From Tubulanus polymorphus (Eukaryota; Animalia; Nemertea), in assembly GCF_964204645.1 (NCBI RefSeq), contig NC_134035.1, positions 13,486,451-13,550,450 on the forward strand: a stretch of DNA of 64,000 bases, read 5' to 3'. The position numbers and the translations under genes are program-made. Positions 11,308 to 24,494 of the stretch are shown here, in pieces. The notes below the pieces were generated by a model that saw only the letters and a list, made by a program, of their open reading frames with translations, was not told the DNA's origin and made no database searches. Position 1 is the first letter of the stretch, and each line of letters starts with the position of its first letter.

Positions 11308-11639
11308 TGTCATGGTTCTACGGTCCTAAGACATTTTTTCTCTTAACTGCAATTTCATTCTTTTTTGTTTTTAAGGATTTTATAGGCCCTTATCCTTCAC
11401 CCCTTAGCCTGTGCGCTAGACATCTCAGCCTGGAACCTGTCAACCCACCTGCACTGGACAACCTCCTAAGCCTGGATTATATACCACTGCACTGATTCTG
11501 TAGAAGATTTCAAATTTTTGATCGTCCAGGTTCGACGCGTGTTCACTGTGCCATGGTTGGAGGAGGGAGTGGTGCTGTGTGGTGCTGTGGTGTGGTGCAA
11601 CGTTATGGCAAAGTTAGCACTTTTGTTTGCAGATGAAGT

Positions 11640-11942
11640 GCGGGAGGAGAGGCGAGGTGAATAGACATCTCATCCTCAACACCAATCACAGAGACTGAGG
11701 ATGAACTCGAACTGCGAGAGGAGAGTCAGGGTGAATAGACACCTCACCGAATAGATACATCTGTTTGCGAGAGGAGAGTCAGGGTGAATAGATACCTCAT
11801 CCTCGACACTACAGGGACTGAAGATGAACCAGCGGCGGCTGCGAGCGGAGAGTCAGGGTGAATAGATACCTCATCCTCGACACTTCAGGGACTGAAGATG
11901 AACCAGCGGCGGCTGCGAGCGGAGAGTCAAGGTGAATAGATA
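11640..11942. repeat. About 74-bp degenerate tandem repeat
   Basis: GCGAG(A/C)GGAGAGTCAGGGTGAATAGATACCTCATCCTCGACACT... repeated about 4 times. Confidence 0.75.
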
Positions 11943-13015
11943 TTGAATGACACGTGACGACGTGGTACATCACACGCGTTGTGTCAATGTGTATTAATTA
12001 GCCGCAGTGATTAACGAGGAGAGCGGGATTTCGGTTTGTGAAGACGAGAAGGAAAGATTACAAGTTTATTCATCTTTACCACAATAATCCTAACCAAACC
12101 ACCAGCGAGCGAGCGAGCGCCCTTTTCATCTAACAGCTCGTTACTATGGCAACTGCTTCTGTTTATGTCACAAGATGCAACCTGGTTGCTGTAGTCGGTG
12201 GTGGTGATTTTTCGTCGTTTCACCGGGCGACTTTTATTCGAACCTTTCACCTTTAGCCGGTGCTGCATCATCTTCTATTTAGAGCCGGTGTGTTTATTCA
12301 TATCCTCCCTCCAGGCGGCGCGCGCGCATCTTCTTAAATTATCAGTTGAATCATGAACTCGAGAAATAATTTTACGTATAGCGGTTATTTAAACTGTCAA
12401 CGTTCAATTTCAAATCCAAAAATTTCTAGCTCAATTTCCACTTTTTCGACAGTAATTTGAATCTTTCCTCTTCGGGCGAATTGTGGATGTAATTTTGTGT
12501 TCGGTAAATTATGCAATTAAGCAGCAATTAAAGACGGAGATGAATACCATACACGTCACGTGACAAGTCTAATTAACGTTAAATTGAGACGTCATCAAAG
12601 AACAATTTCACTCCATAATTGCTCTGAATTTCACGCGCAAAGTGTCGCAGTTATTCTGGTTGCGCTAACATTTAAATAGCACCCAGTAATATACGTGATA
12701 AAAACCCACTACGTTCACATTTAGACGTTCATTATTCAAAAATTGAAAAAAAATGAAAAAAAAAAAACAGAGGATACGACACGTTATGAACTCAGAGATA
12801 ATCGTCAGGTGTTAGGATTTTACTATAAAAACTCGGGAGAACAAGCGCCATTTATATATAGAATGTTAAGATAGACGTTGCTAGAAAATGAATCAGACAA
12901 AAATAGAATCTATCCGATACGGGACCCCTTTAATCCTTCAGAATCAGTAATTGAAATCCTTTTAGTGACATAGGAGGATATGTGAAAAACTTGATTTGAC
13001 CGGTAAACACCTAGC

Positions 13016-13347
13016 AGGGAGCCGGTTCCATAATCGAGACTTAAGTCCCAAAGTGGTCTTAAATCGTAAGACTGGTCTAAAGCTGTTAGATTAGCTATAG
13101 AACTAAGTTGGTCTTAGAACGGTCTTAGGTTGTTAGATTGGCTATAGAACTCAGATGGTCTTAGACTGGTCTTAAGTCTAAGCCATGACTATGCAACCGG
13201 TCCCTGGGGCTGGTTCCTCAGTTGAGACTTAAGTTCAAAAATGGTCTTAGATTTTAAGATTGGTCTTAAGCAGTTAGATTGGTTATAGGACAAAGACAGT
13301 CTTAAATTGGTCTTAAGTCTAAGCCATGACTATGGAACCGGCCCCTG
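13016..13347. mobile_element. Two adjacent MITE copies (GGTCTTAAG-rich family)
   Basis: GGGAGCCGGTTCCATA...CTATGCAACCGGTCCC followed directly by GGGGCTGGTTCC...CTATGGAACCGGCCCC; related degenerate copies near 570-790 and 32845-32990. Confidence 0.6.
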
Positions 13348-16300
13348 GAGTTCACAACATTCTGCTATATAATTGGCTGCAAACACGATACGATCTATCG
13401 CCTTTATTTTCAGGATCTAGTTTCTCAGCCAGTTGAATTTTGAAAAAAGCAATTCCATAATCTTATGCATTTTCTGAATTTTCAAGACCGCTATAATTGG
13501 ACTTAATATTCGAAACTGTTCGCCGCCTGTTATGGTGAAATGATGGTGATTACAATTCGAAATAAAAAGTCGGTGTCTTTTTATTACCGATTAAAAAACA
13601 TTGCTGAAAAAAAAACTCCACCACCCAACACTCAAACTCTCCGGGTGTAGTAGATGTGGTTAGATATAGGTCGAATAAAAAGTAAAAGAAAGTTAACTAA
13701 ACATTAAAGAAAGATATGATGATACACGATACACGACTAACGAGAAAGAATGTTTATATAAACCACGTAGCACTTACCAAAACAAACCGCAACGAGATGA
13801 AGAGAGTTAGACCAGCTTGCAGTGTGTCGGCGAGACTCTGAATATTATTACCACCAGCTCCAGCACCTCGTTATAACGCTTGATCTATTCGTATTAAACA
13901 GCAATTCATACACGATAACGAAACGTCAAAATATTCTCGCGTTACAGAGTTAGAAAAAACACACGTCGTATCTGTTTGTTTGTTACATCGGATACTGTGT
14001 TTCGCGGGGAAATAGAGACAGACAAGTAAACTCTGTAAATAGAGCTCTGATCGAATTTCAATGATTTATCAACATCGACCGACGAACATCCTTCTTTATA
14101 TGAACGTTGATTTATATCAGATTTAGAGTTCTGCGTCGGGTCTTAGAAAGCTGACGTTGTCGCGTTGATTGTCACTGTGTGAGCGCTGCGGTCGCGCATC
14201 TATTGAATATCAATTTACAACAAAATCTGTCCGAACTTCGGGGCTCCTACTGAGCGAGAACGAACGTTTTCTGACAATTTTATATTCCCCAATTCTATCT
14301 GAAAACAATCGTAATTTTCACAATATTTCATCAAGTATATAACATCGTGCGCCTGATGTCAACGTGATTCCCTTGTCTCTAGAAATTAGTCATTCAAAAC
14401 TCTAAATTAAGCTCTAAAAAAAATCCGTTATTCAACTGAAATTCTATGGATTCTGTTTCAGGAAAATTTTACTATTTTTCCGATGGGTCCAAATTATTCT
14501 CGAGAAAACCGATTTAGAATCGAATAGCAGACTGCGATTTAAATTGAAGAGATCTCAATCGTTGGTCGCCTGTGTGTGAATGAGAGAGACAATTTAGAAT
14601 CGTTTGATGCGCCTCTCATCGTTGACCTTGACATTCGTTTGACACTCTACGTGCGAGCCGACTTATGTCGTATGTCGTTAGTCGCGTGTCGTATGTGGCA
14701 CTGATCACATCTTGATGTGTTTATTCCGATATAAAGCGTTGAGACTGACAGACAGCCGGTGATCACTGCTGATACCACTGTCTAAACGCGTCCGAATATG
14801 AAATAATCAACATTTTCCACGAATGATAAGAATGATCCCCGACCACATCAGCTATAATGCACTAATTAAGAATCATAGATCGCCAGGACACGTCATTAAT
14901 CAGAGTTCAATGTCTTACTGTGATCCATAAAGTCAATATGACGCGTCAGTCATTTGCGCACTTGATATAAAAAAGCACATTTGAAACAGTTTATTCCATA
15001 TCGTTAAAACCCTGACAGCGAGATGTAGGCAAAACCCGCCGTATCTTAGGAGACACTGGTGCAGTTAGCAGCTGGGCCCGTAGAGCTCTAGTCCATACCC
15101 TCGATCGACGGTTCTTTATTCCACACACTTCGGAGACACTGGTGCAGTTAGCAGCACCCCGGAGGAGATCGCCTGTCTCTGTGATCAACGAGCAATCGTT
15201 GAGATGATTGCTCGTAGCTGAGGTGTATACCCGCGCAGTATTCCAACACACTTATAGGAGACGCGGTTTAGCGGGACATAGAGTTAGTATTCCAGTAATA
15301 AACGATTTAAACACAGTCCCCCATCATCCAACACTCAGCACACTTAAAAGTCACGGTATAGCAGCAGGACTCAGAGAGCTACAGCAGTATCTGAGATATT
15401 CGCTACTTGTGTATTCCTCACACTCAGATATCAAACAATTTGAAGACAGTCTCTCAATCTCGAACTCAGAATTTGATATCTTTGATATTCATCTTGTATT
15501 CAGTCAGTCAGTCGAGGCATGAGAGAGGTTACTGTCGAAAATCTACGTGGCTATCACAACAAGAGCAACTGCAAAACACTCATATGAAACACGTAAATAC
15601 TTCAAAAGCATGCTAAGACATGATACCACCTGACATCGCTGTAATGACTTTAACGATGTCAACAAAATGATGAAATTTGCCAGAAGCGAAAGACGTAGGT
15701 TTCACAAAAGTCAAGAAATGTACGACTCTGTATGCGTAGATAGAAAACAAGAGGTGATACGGTATAATACGGTATATGCTTTGTTCGTTTGGGAGGGTAG
15801 TTAAAAAATGTGTAGTTGTAATTTACAACGTAATTCGTTCGTGAGAGGAAAGAGAGAGTGAGAGGAGAAAGAGAGAGAGTGAGAGAGTGAAAGGAGAGAG
15901 AGAGAGAGAGTTACGGTACAAACATCTTAAGCGAAAAAAATATATACCGGTATTTTATGTCGTCATAAATTGAAATATAAAAGTAAAGAAAACAGTTTTA
16001 TCTAAATTACGTCCATGAATTACAACAATTGGCTACAAAAGCCATTCTTTTTCTTTCTCCCTACGGTTTACAGGTCTTTAATTCTATTTCCCTTGTTTTT
16101 GTTTTAAACGCACGGACCTATAACACCCTGCTGCTGGACCCAGTTTCACAAAAAGGATTAAGGCCTAAATCGATTTAAGATAAACTGAATTAACGAAGGA
16201 ATTAAATCGATTTAAGAGTTAAACTTTTATGTGAAACTGGACCCAGCTGAGGTCAATCTGAGCTGAGGAATCCGTATTTAAATTCGGAAACAATTTTTAA

Positions 16301-17529
16301 CGATTTTGTGTTATATTTTTTAAACTTCATTTCCATTGTTTACGATTAAACTCATACAACATAAAACAGTAGACTTTGCTTGATTCGAATCTTTCGGGAC
16401 CGCAAAATATGTCCGACTCTGAGTGATATCCGAGTTGGATGTTTAACGTTTTTATTTCATATAGAGTCTTGTTTATTTTCATAATTTTTTTTTCAACAAA
16501 AAAGCATAGATCTCGGCTCCCGGCAAATTACCACTTTTGAAAGGTTAATCTATTCAAACATGAAAAAAAGAAAGAGAGTTTTAAGCCTTAGTTTGCATGA
16601 CGCCGGTTGGTTTGACACATTCAGAGATCAACTCAGCGTCGTCTCTGTGACAGACCGGAAGTTGTAGATTCATCCCGAGACCGGAACAGTGAAAGCCAGG
16701 ACTGAATATGATCAGAAACGTTTAATGGGTTTATACGGACAGCTCAGGCAGGTTGCAGTCATCAGTCACGGTATAATCCATTACCGGAGGCTCTGTCTCT
16801 CAGTTACTGTCACCACGGCGAGGAGTGCCGCCGCCGCCGCCGCCATGTCAGTGCTCAAATCCACTCGCAAAGCTGCTTGCCGGTAAAAAATACCCGTATC
16901 TAGCAGAGGGCAGTTACCCCCCCCCCCCCCCCCCAGAATTTGGAAAAGTGCCCTTTTTTGCTAATATTATTGTATTATTGCTAGAACTGCCCGTTGTCCT
17001 ACGGTTTGACTGGGAGTCCTCGTGCAAAGAACGCTTCAAGTTCGGGTGCCCAAGTGGAGCCGACTTTTGTCACAATTTTTAAACCCACGATTAAAACGTT
17101 CATATGAACTGGGTATAAATAGTAGCATGCAAGATATTGTATGAAAAATGAAAGAAATTGCCCAATTTTGTTCTGACCCATTCGTTAACACTCCCGGCGT
17201 GAACCCGGCGCGTGAACCACCGACAACACAACCAACATCGGCAAGTGAGTACGAATAGACTATCACTCGCGTGCCACAGTAAGAATATCGAGCCGTGTCA
17301 AATATGGGCCGTTAAGTGCTGCCCCTTTATTGATAGTTAGCGGCGAATCATCGAACTACTTTGAAATATGAAGGATTTATACGAATAGAAATTTATGCTA
17401 TATGGATTCGCAAGATAATAAAAATGACCCGTGAGTATGATTCAGGGGAAGTCCTTATTATTTACCATGGTCTACATCTGACGGATTGCATCGAGTCGTC
17501 ACCACTGATAGTTGTAGCAACAAGCGAAC

Positions 17530-20500
17530 ATGGCGGCTTCCGGTGAGACAAGGATTTCATCGATTCGGGTAGGATAAACGATTATTTACCAGAATATACA
17601 AATATGACAAGGTTGATACCATTGTAACTGAGTCGTTCGTAATAAGCTTTTATAATCGGATGGGCTTGTACGAATGTGGTTCACGAAACTAAACCATAGG
17701 CTAGCCCAGAGTAGAGTGCATCGCCATGCCATCTGCCTGCTGTGGTGGGTATATATCGGACTAACTACTCTCTGCAGAGACCTCCACAGAACTGCCACTG
17801 CCAGGCAGAGGCCCAAAACTTGCCAGTAGAAAGTCTGGCCAAGTTTAAGGCAAATCCCCACGAGGCTGGCTTCATGGGCCCTGGGTGGGTTAGGGTTACT
17901 GACTTGACTATGGGGTCCCCGATTCAGTCGATGATAGGATGTACCCAACCAGCAGGAGTAGGCTCTCAATTATTTAGGGTCCCCAGTTATACTCGATATA
18001 CACACACTATAATTTAGAACCATCCCCCAATTATTGATTATTTATTGATTACATTGTATTTTAGCTTATTGACGAACAACTAAAAATAAACCAAGTCAAA
18101 AGAGATGTTGATGTAATTGAGTTGTATCTTGGTAAAAAGTAAGTATGGGTTAGGAGACTATAGCCTGATGGGCTAGTCTGAATACCAGTCGTTGTTACGG
18201 TTCCCTAGGAACAACGGCTGGGTACTAGACTAAGCCTGGGCGTGATGAAACTACATCTTATTCCACGGTATTTTGGGTACTATCATATACTGTAACATAA
18301 TTGAGAGACTACAGGGCCTCTGATGAAACTTCATTTTACTCCACTTCATTTTACTCCACTATTTTCAAGGTACTGGTAGGCCTACTTTCATTAGGGTATA
18401 AAATAAAGATTAAAAATGAATGAAAATATTTGATATATTCTTCTATTGAATTTACTGTAAATTTAGGGATGGATTGAAAATTTTTTTTCTTTTCTATTTT
18501 TTTTAGGAAACTGAAGAATGTGTGTAGTTTCGAACGATTTAAGAATCTACAGAGAGTTTGGTTGAATGGAAATCTGGTAAATATGAATCTGCATCAAACC
18601 ACACGCCGGCCATAGGGCTGAGATTTCAAACACTACAGAGTCTATAGCATGCCGGCCACAGGGCTGGGATTTCAAAAACTACATATTCTATAGCATGTTG
18701 GCCACAGGGCTGGGATTTTGATTTCAATGTCACTGAGCACTTTTCAGTGGTTGGCAGCCCTGTGCATTCTTATCAACGATGCTTTGCATGTTTTGACGAG
18801 AGAAATCCCACAATAACGAAGCCAGGATTGAAAAATTCTATATCAGAATATCAGATTATATTTGAGGAGCGACGTTTCGGCTAACAACTGTTAGCCATCA
18901 TCAGACGGTTTAAAATTGTAAGATTAGCTAAGAGTTTGCCTGATGATGGCTAACAGTTGTTAGCCGAAACGTCGCTCCTCAAATATAATCATTCTGATAT
19001 AGAATTTTTCAATCTTTGTTTCGTTATTGTGGGATTTCTCTCGTCATCATCATACACGGATATTGTGTATCTTCTCGTCTTTGCATGTTTTTTTTTGTCA
19101 ATCAGTTCATCACATTCTGCATGATTTCAGCTTCGTCATATCGACTGTTTTTCTATGAATCTCCGAATCACTGAACTTTATCTTCAACACAACAACATTC
19201 TAGACATCACCGGCTCGTTGAGTCACCTGACCACGCTTAACGTTTTAATGTTACAAAACAATCAGTTGGAAAAACTCGAAAAAGTTGTCAAAGAACTTAA
19301 ACAAATGCAAGACCTGCGTGTTCTGAGTAAGTCCACCTCCCTCGGCAGGGATTCGAACCTGATACTTGCATCAGGATGCGCCATGATATGAAACCCTGCC
19401 ACACTAGACCGAGTGCACACTTGCGCTGCTTAGATGATGTCATTATAAGCCAATCAGCAATCCCTTTATATTTTAGCCTGGACCTTTAACCCGGTCCAAT
19501 TTGAAATTCAAGTTTCCTCGCGGCAAACTTGCGCACTCGATCTAGTTTGGCAGGGTTTCATGCTGTGGCTGAGTGTAGCGATGTCATCAGGTTAAAATCC
19601 CTACCTGGAGAGGATAGAGTTAGTGTAGATGCAGTAGAACCTTGTTACAATGAACTCTAACGCCCTCTTCCACAGTTCACTTAACAGTTGAAATTGGAAT
19701 TCGTTGTAACGAGGTTCCTCTGTATATATCCATCAGGAAAGGTCCATTTTATCTGAATTGAAGAAAAACGTCACTTGATCGCGCACTAGAATTAAATATA
19801 AAGTTTTTTCGTGTTTTTTTTTCATATGGAATTTCTAGATTTATTTCATAATCCTGTGGCTCAAGAGACCGACTATAAGATGTATGTAATTCATCATTTA
19901 CCGTCCGTTGAACTGTTAGACAGGAAAGGTTTGTATCGATTTCAATATTCACGTCTAATGCCTTGAATATCTGTTAATAAAAAACAGTCGAATTCTCAGC
20001 TTAAATCATCATTTTGATAAGTCGTCACTTACTGAAGTTGACTCTATTTTTGAGTCTCAATCTATATTTCTAATTCAATTTACTGAGTGTAAGTCGTTGT
20101 ATGGATCAGACCATAATGATCTTCACAACTACGAAAATGGGTTTCTCTGATCCAGTTTTTCACCGATATTCACGTCTAAAGCCTTGAATATTTGTGAAAA
20201 AAAACCAGTTAACCTTAAGCAGCATATCGAATCTAAACGGTAATTTCTTTCTGTAATGATGTTGTTTATTTTAATTTCGTTGTTTAGAAGTTTCACTCGA
20301 AGATCGTAAAATCGCTCACAGTATTTACAACCAACGGGAAGAAGTGGTTAAAGAATCGATTGGATTCGGACGTAGATCCGAAGGACCGCCGGATATTGTT
20401 TATCCTTCAGAGAGATATATAACACAGCCTACAATACCAGGTACTGCTATAATATCAACCCCTTAAACTCCCCCTCTGGATCATCCACCCCTGCAGTTCT

Positions 20501-21542
20501 ACCGTTCTTGGTTAGGATTTGACTATTAGAGAAACTGTTTTAGTGGTTTTGCTAGTGACACACACCACATGGTTCCCACAGAACAGGTAAATTGGGAATA
20601 ACTTGGGAATTTTGAAATGATAATTCCCGGTTTGGAAATATTTGGGACTCAAATCACGGAACTATTTGGGAAATTCATTACATTTCACATACTGCATTTG
20701 CTAAGGGCAACTTTCTTCAGCAATTTCCCTTGTAAATCACCTTTCTCAACCAGTCACCGCTAAAATGTTGACTGTAGCATGACGATATGTGTTCATTTGC
20801 ATTTGGGAAAATTGAAAAATCACCCATGAAATACTTGTGAAAAACTTGGGGATTTTGAATTGATATAACTGTGGGAACCACGACACCAAATAAAGTAGAA
20901 TCATCAAATCAAATAACTAAGACAGACAATCACCCTTATTTATAGATAAAATCATCAGAAAAATGAGCTGATTTTAACAGTAGAGTCAAAACCTGTGGAA
21001 TATCATCGCTTATTTTAGATAAATTCTTATTTCTTCTTTTCTTGAATATTTCAGTCTCGTTTGACGTTGGAAATAATTTCTACAGAAATAAGTAAGTATG
21101 CATATAATGTAGAATGATTTGAACTTTTCTGTAAAAACCAGACTAAGTTCTCACTGTTTACGGAAGAGGTCAAATGTTTACTGTAGATAGGTGTTCATTA
21201 TAGAGGAGTTCTCTTAGTTGAAAATGAATTTAGAAAATATTTACAGATCACTGAACAGAGGTCTTCATTATAGAGGAGTACTCTTGAAAATGAATTAGTG
21301 AATTTTAGTTCAAAGGAAGAGATTTTGTTATGAGATTTAAACGATTTTATTGAGATTGAAACGATATTTTTTTCAGTCCTCCGTATGAGATTGAAGAGGA
21401 AGCCGTTAACGATCGACTGAGCAAAAAATCTACGATGGATTATTCGAAATTCGATTGGTCGAAAGTTCCGAATTCGGAACAACGCAGAATATCGGAAAAA
21501 CCGTTCGAAACTCCGCAAATAGTAACCGTTAGATTCCGTTGA
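17530..21542 (+). CDS. LRRC72: Leucine-rich repeat-containing protein 72 (274 aa, 8 exons)
   Basis: Exons 17530-17568, 18065-18138 (IDEQLKINQVKRDVDVIELYLGKK), 18507-18576, 19131-19326 (ITELYLQHNNI...LMLQNNQL), 19839-19928 (LFHNPVAQETDYKMYVIHHLPSVELLDRK, LRRcap), 20288-20440, 21055-21091, 21377-21542 (FDWSKVP...QIVTVRFR*). All GT-AG, 825 nt, colinear with human LRRC72 as recalled. Exon 1 is the least certain. Confidence 0.88.
18871..18904 (-). ncRNA. Minimal type I hammerhead ribozyme motif (inverted copy)
   Basis: Reverse complement reads CTGATGATGGCTAACAGTTGTTAGCCGAAACGTC. Confidence 0.65.
18940..18973 (+). ncRNA. Minimal type I hammerhead ribozyme motif
   Basis: CTGATGA-tGGCTAAC(agtt)GTTAGCC-GAAAC-GTC: catalytic core, 7-bp stem II, GUC cleavage triplet. 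Confidence 0.7.
20571..20879. mobile_element. MITE
   Basis: Terminal inverted GGTTCCCACAG / CTGTGGGAACC with internal TTGGGAA sub-repeats. Confidence 0.5.
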
Positions 21543-22137
21543 GTGTCACCAGGGTGCGCTGGGGAGGTTTATGGGGAGTCCATGGAGCAGGGGAGAGTAA
21601 ATGGGGAGAGAAGGTACTGCTGAAGAATTATGTTTAAAATTCAAACATTTTCATTGTGATATCCATTAAGTAAAACCTATTAGAAATATTTATTTTAACT
21701 TCACAGAGTTTGACTTGAAATTTGTTTCATTATCATGTATGGAATTGAATGCATATTTTTTTCACTTTTTTTATACAATTTACAAATATGATTTTTTAGT
21801 ACCGACAGGTACTATTTGTTTATAGATTGTTTATATTGAAGAGTAAAATTATTGATCTGTGGTATTTTAACTGCGAATCATTAAAATAAAGAAAGAAAGA
21901 AGAACAAAATCGTCTTATTTGTCGTATGTGGACAACTTAAACGCCTACTTCATTGGCTGAGGACAGTAATCACGACTAATGCTATTCAACACCAAAGACT
22001 GGAAATCAGTTACAGGATTCAAACCCGGACACCCCTGCCCTGTACATCCTCTATTCAGCATCAGGATCACTCTGAATTAGTATCAGTAATTACTAGGTTC
22101 GAACCCGGGACATCCGCTTAGTTTAATGATGATGCTA

Positions 22138-22374
22138 TGATCGCCCTCTATTGGATTTTGGATGAACTCACTAGATAGCTCTTACTGGTCTCACTGAGTC
22201 TTCTTCAGTGGGTTGAAATCACACTCGCCATCTGGTGGATTTCTATGCTACTACAGTTTAATGATGGTTATATCCACCAGATGGCGAGTGTGATTTTCAC
22301 GGATTAAAGAAGACTCAGTGAGACCAGTAAGAGCTATCTAGTCAGTTCAGCCAAATTCCAATAGATGGCGATCA
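22138..22374. repeat. Long palindrome (about 103-bp arms) carrying four CTCF-like motifs
   Basis: Arms 22138-22240 and 22272-22374; motifs CCAATAGAGGGCG (-, 22142), CCACCAGATGGCG (-, 22226), CCACCAGATGGCG (+, 22274), CCAATAGATGGCG (+, 22358). Confidence 0.8.
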
Positions 22375-23372
22375 CGTTAGAAATCTTGATATCCTCTCGT
22401 CGGGCACCCCCTGTACATCCTCTATTCAGCATCAGGACCACTCTTCATCTGTATCAGTAATAAATGGGTTCGAACCGAGACACCCTCTACAGATACCATG
22501 ACGATAGGGCTGCTATCCTGCCTCGAGAAATGACCTTGTAGGTCAACGCTAGTAATAAGTTTTATCAGTGAATACGCCACTGATACAGCCGTACAATGTA
22601 TTACAATGTATCGATGAAATCAAACCGAAAAAAGAATTCGTATTATTAAAGAAATTCTCTACGGTCCACGGTTCGAATCTAGAATTGATATTATTAAGAC
22701 CATTTCAAGTAATTTTAAATGAAACGTATTAACCTATCGCTCTATTGCTGTTCAGGCAAATTAGAATTTTGAATTCTTTTTTCTCCTACTTGGACCTCTG
22801 CCTATCGAACACCCAAACCTCAACATCTTGACAAATACAGCTATGAAACAGCGATCTTTTTTTCTTAAAAACAGTTTTCTTTATTGATGTAGAAAATGCT
22901 AAAACAAATTGTGCAAACAAAATATAAATGAATGATGTACTATTATTAATTTTGATGGACTCGTTTCAAGTTCGTTCACAGCGCGTCCCAGATCATCTTC
23001 ATTCTCTTAATGAGGTCAGTGTCATATGCATTAATAATACATGAATTATTTCTATATATATTTATATAATTAATCCATACATCAGCCATAGCGGCAGCAG
23101 CAGGCTTTCCTATACTAGATACACTAACACTAACAGAATATATAAAACTTCATAGAACTTTTTTTTTTACAGTTAACGTGGTCTGGAAGAGTAAATTATG
23201 GAGCGATGCACATTATGAATGTTGGTTTTCGTGACTATGATGCTGAAAATGAATACATTTCCCCCAACATACCGCTGTTTATAGTTACGAGACTGGTCCC
23301 TGTGAGGCAAGCGAATTTATCAACCATTTCAGAAGTTTGATTGAAAATTTACAATTATCCTTATTATAAATA

Positions 23373-23519
23373 CAGTGGAATCTCGTTACAGTGAACTTCA
23401 TGGCACCAGAAAATCTGTTCGTTATAACCGACCGATAGTTCATTATATCCAGTATGAAATTGAGACAAAATTCTACATTCATTTCTAATATCCGAGTTCG
23501 TTATAACGAGGTTCCACTG
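23373..23519. mobile_element. Tc1/mariner-pogo type MITE
   Basis: TA|CAGTGGAATCTCGTTAC ... GTTATAACGAGGTTCCACTG|TA; a related degenerate copy lies at about 19632-19722. Confidence 0.75.
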
Positions 23520-24045
23520 TAAGCGTTTCACCAAAACTACTTTTAACAATTAAACAGAACGGGGTGTACAACAGGGTGCTATTAATGCACCTCTAACGAG
23601 ACAATCAAGCAGCACCTTCAAGTCAAGTAATCAGTGAAGGGGTAGCATTCCCTAACTAATTGAGGGGGGTCATTTTGATTAAAGGTGGAAAACTTCAGTA
23701 GCAGGTCCCGATGAAGGAATTCATCAGTAAATTAACAGGTTTTGATCATTAGGCTCTCGTGTGGGACTACAATGTATCACATGTGATGATTCGATGCATG
23801 CAGAAATGGGTAAAGCTTGAAGCGATTAAGCATTCTAATAATAATTGTAATAATGCACCTCCCTCCCCCTGATTAACAAATTTGCCGCGAATTAAGAAAT
23901 GTTTCAGATATGCGATGTTTCTGTTTCAATTTAAATGGAAACTATTTTTCTCCATGCGTTTCTCAAAACATTCATACATCAAAGCTGAGTTACTTTTAAC
24001 GCCTAGAGGAGTCTTCAGGGGTTCAATGGCTCAAAAGTTGGTTTA

Positions 24046-24290
24046 AACTCAGGATCCAGTTCCACAGTTGTGAGTTAAGAGTTAACTGTGAACTCAGGAT
24101 CCAGTTCTACAGTTGTGAGTTAGAGTTAACTGTGAACTCAGGATCCAGTTCTACAGTTGTGAGTTAGTTAGTTAACTCTGAACTCAGGATCTAGTTTCAC
24201 AGTTGTGAGTTAGAGTTAACTCTGAACTCAGGATCCAGTTCCACAGTTGTGAGTTAGAGTTAACTGTGAACTCAGGATCCAGTTCCACAG
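24046..24290. repeat. About 44-bp minisatellite derived from a MITE end
   Basis: AACTCAGGATCCAGTTCCACAGTTGTGAGTTAGAGTTAACTGTG, about 5.5 copies. Confidence 0.85.
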
Positions 24291-24494
24291 TCGCGTCATT
24301 TGTAATACGAAAGAAACATCGAACATTATTAAAACATTGAAAATGATCTAAATAAAAGTCGAACTTAGTGGAACTGGTAGTTCGTTACCTAACGTTGGTA
24401 GTAAGCTTTTTATAATCGGATGGGCTTATACCGACCCATGTGGTTTGTGAAAATATCCGATCCTGAAACTAAACCACAGACAGGTTACTGACAA

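Larger units (their letters stand above)
18795..19078. mobile_element. Penelope-like inverted pLTR remnant with two hammerhead motifs
   Basis: About 110-bp inverted arms (18795-18904 / 18940-19045) plus 3' tail, flanked by 13-bp direct repeat CTTTGCATGTTTT (18782-18794, 19079-19091). Confidence 0.75.

Noticed and set aside
12011-12271. 86-aa basic ORF upstream of sGC
   Set aside because: No homology recognised and no splice link to the sGC frame; may be UTR or regulatory DNA.
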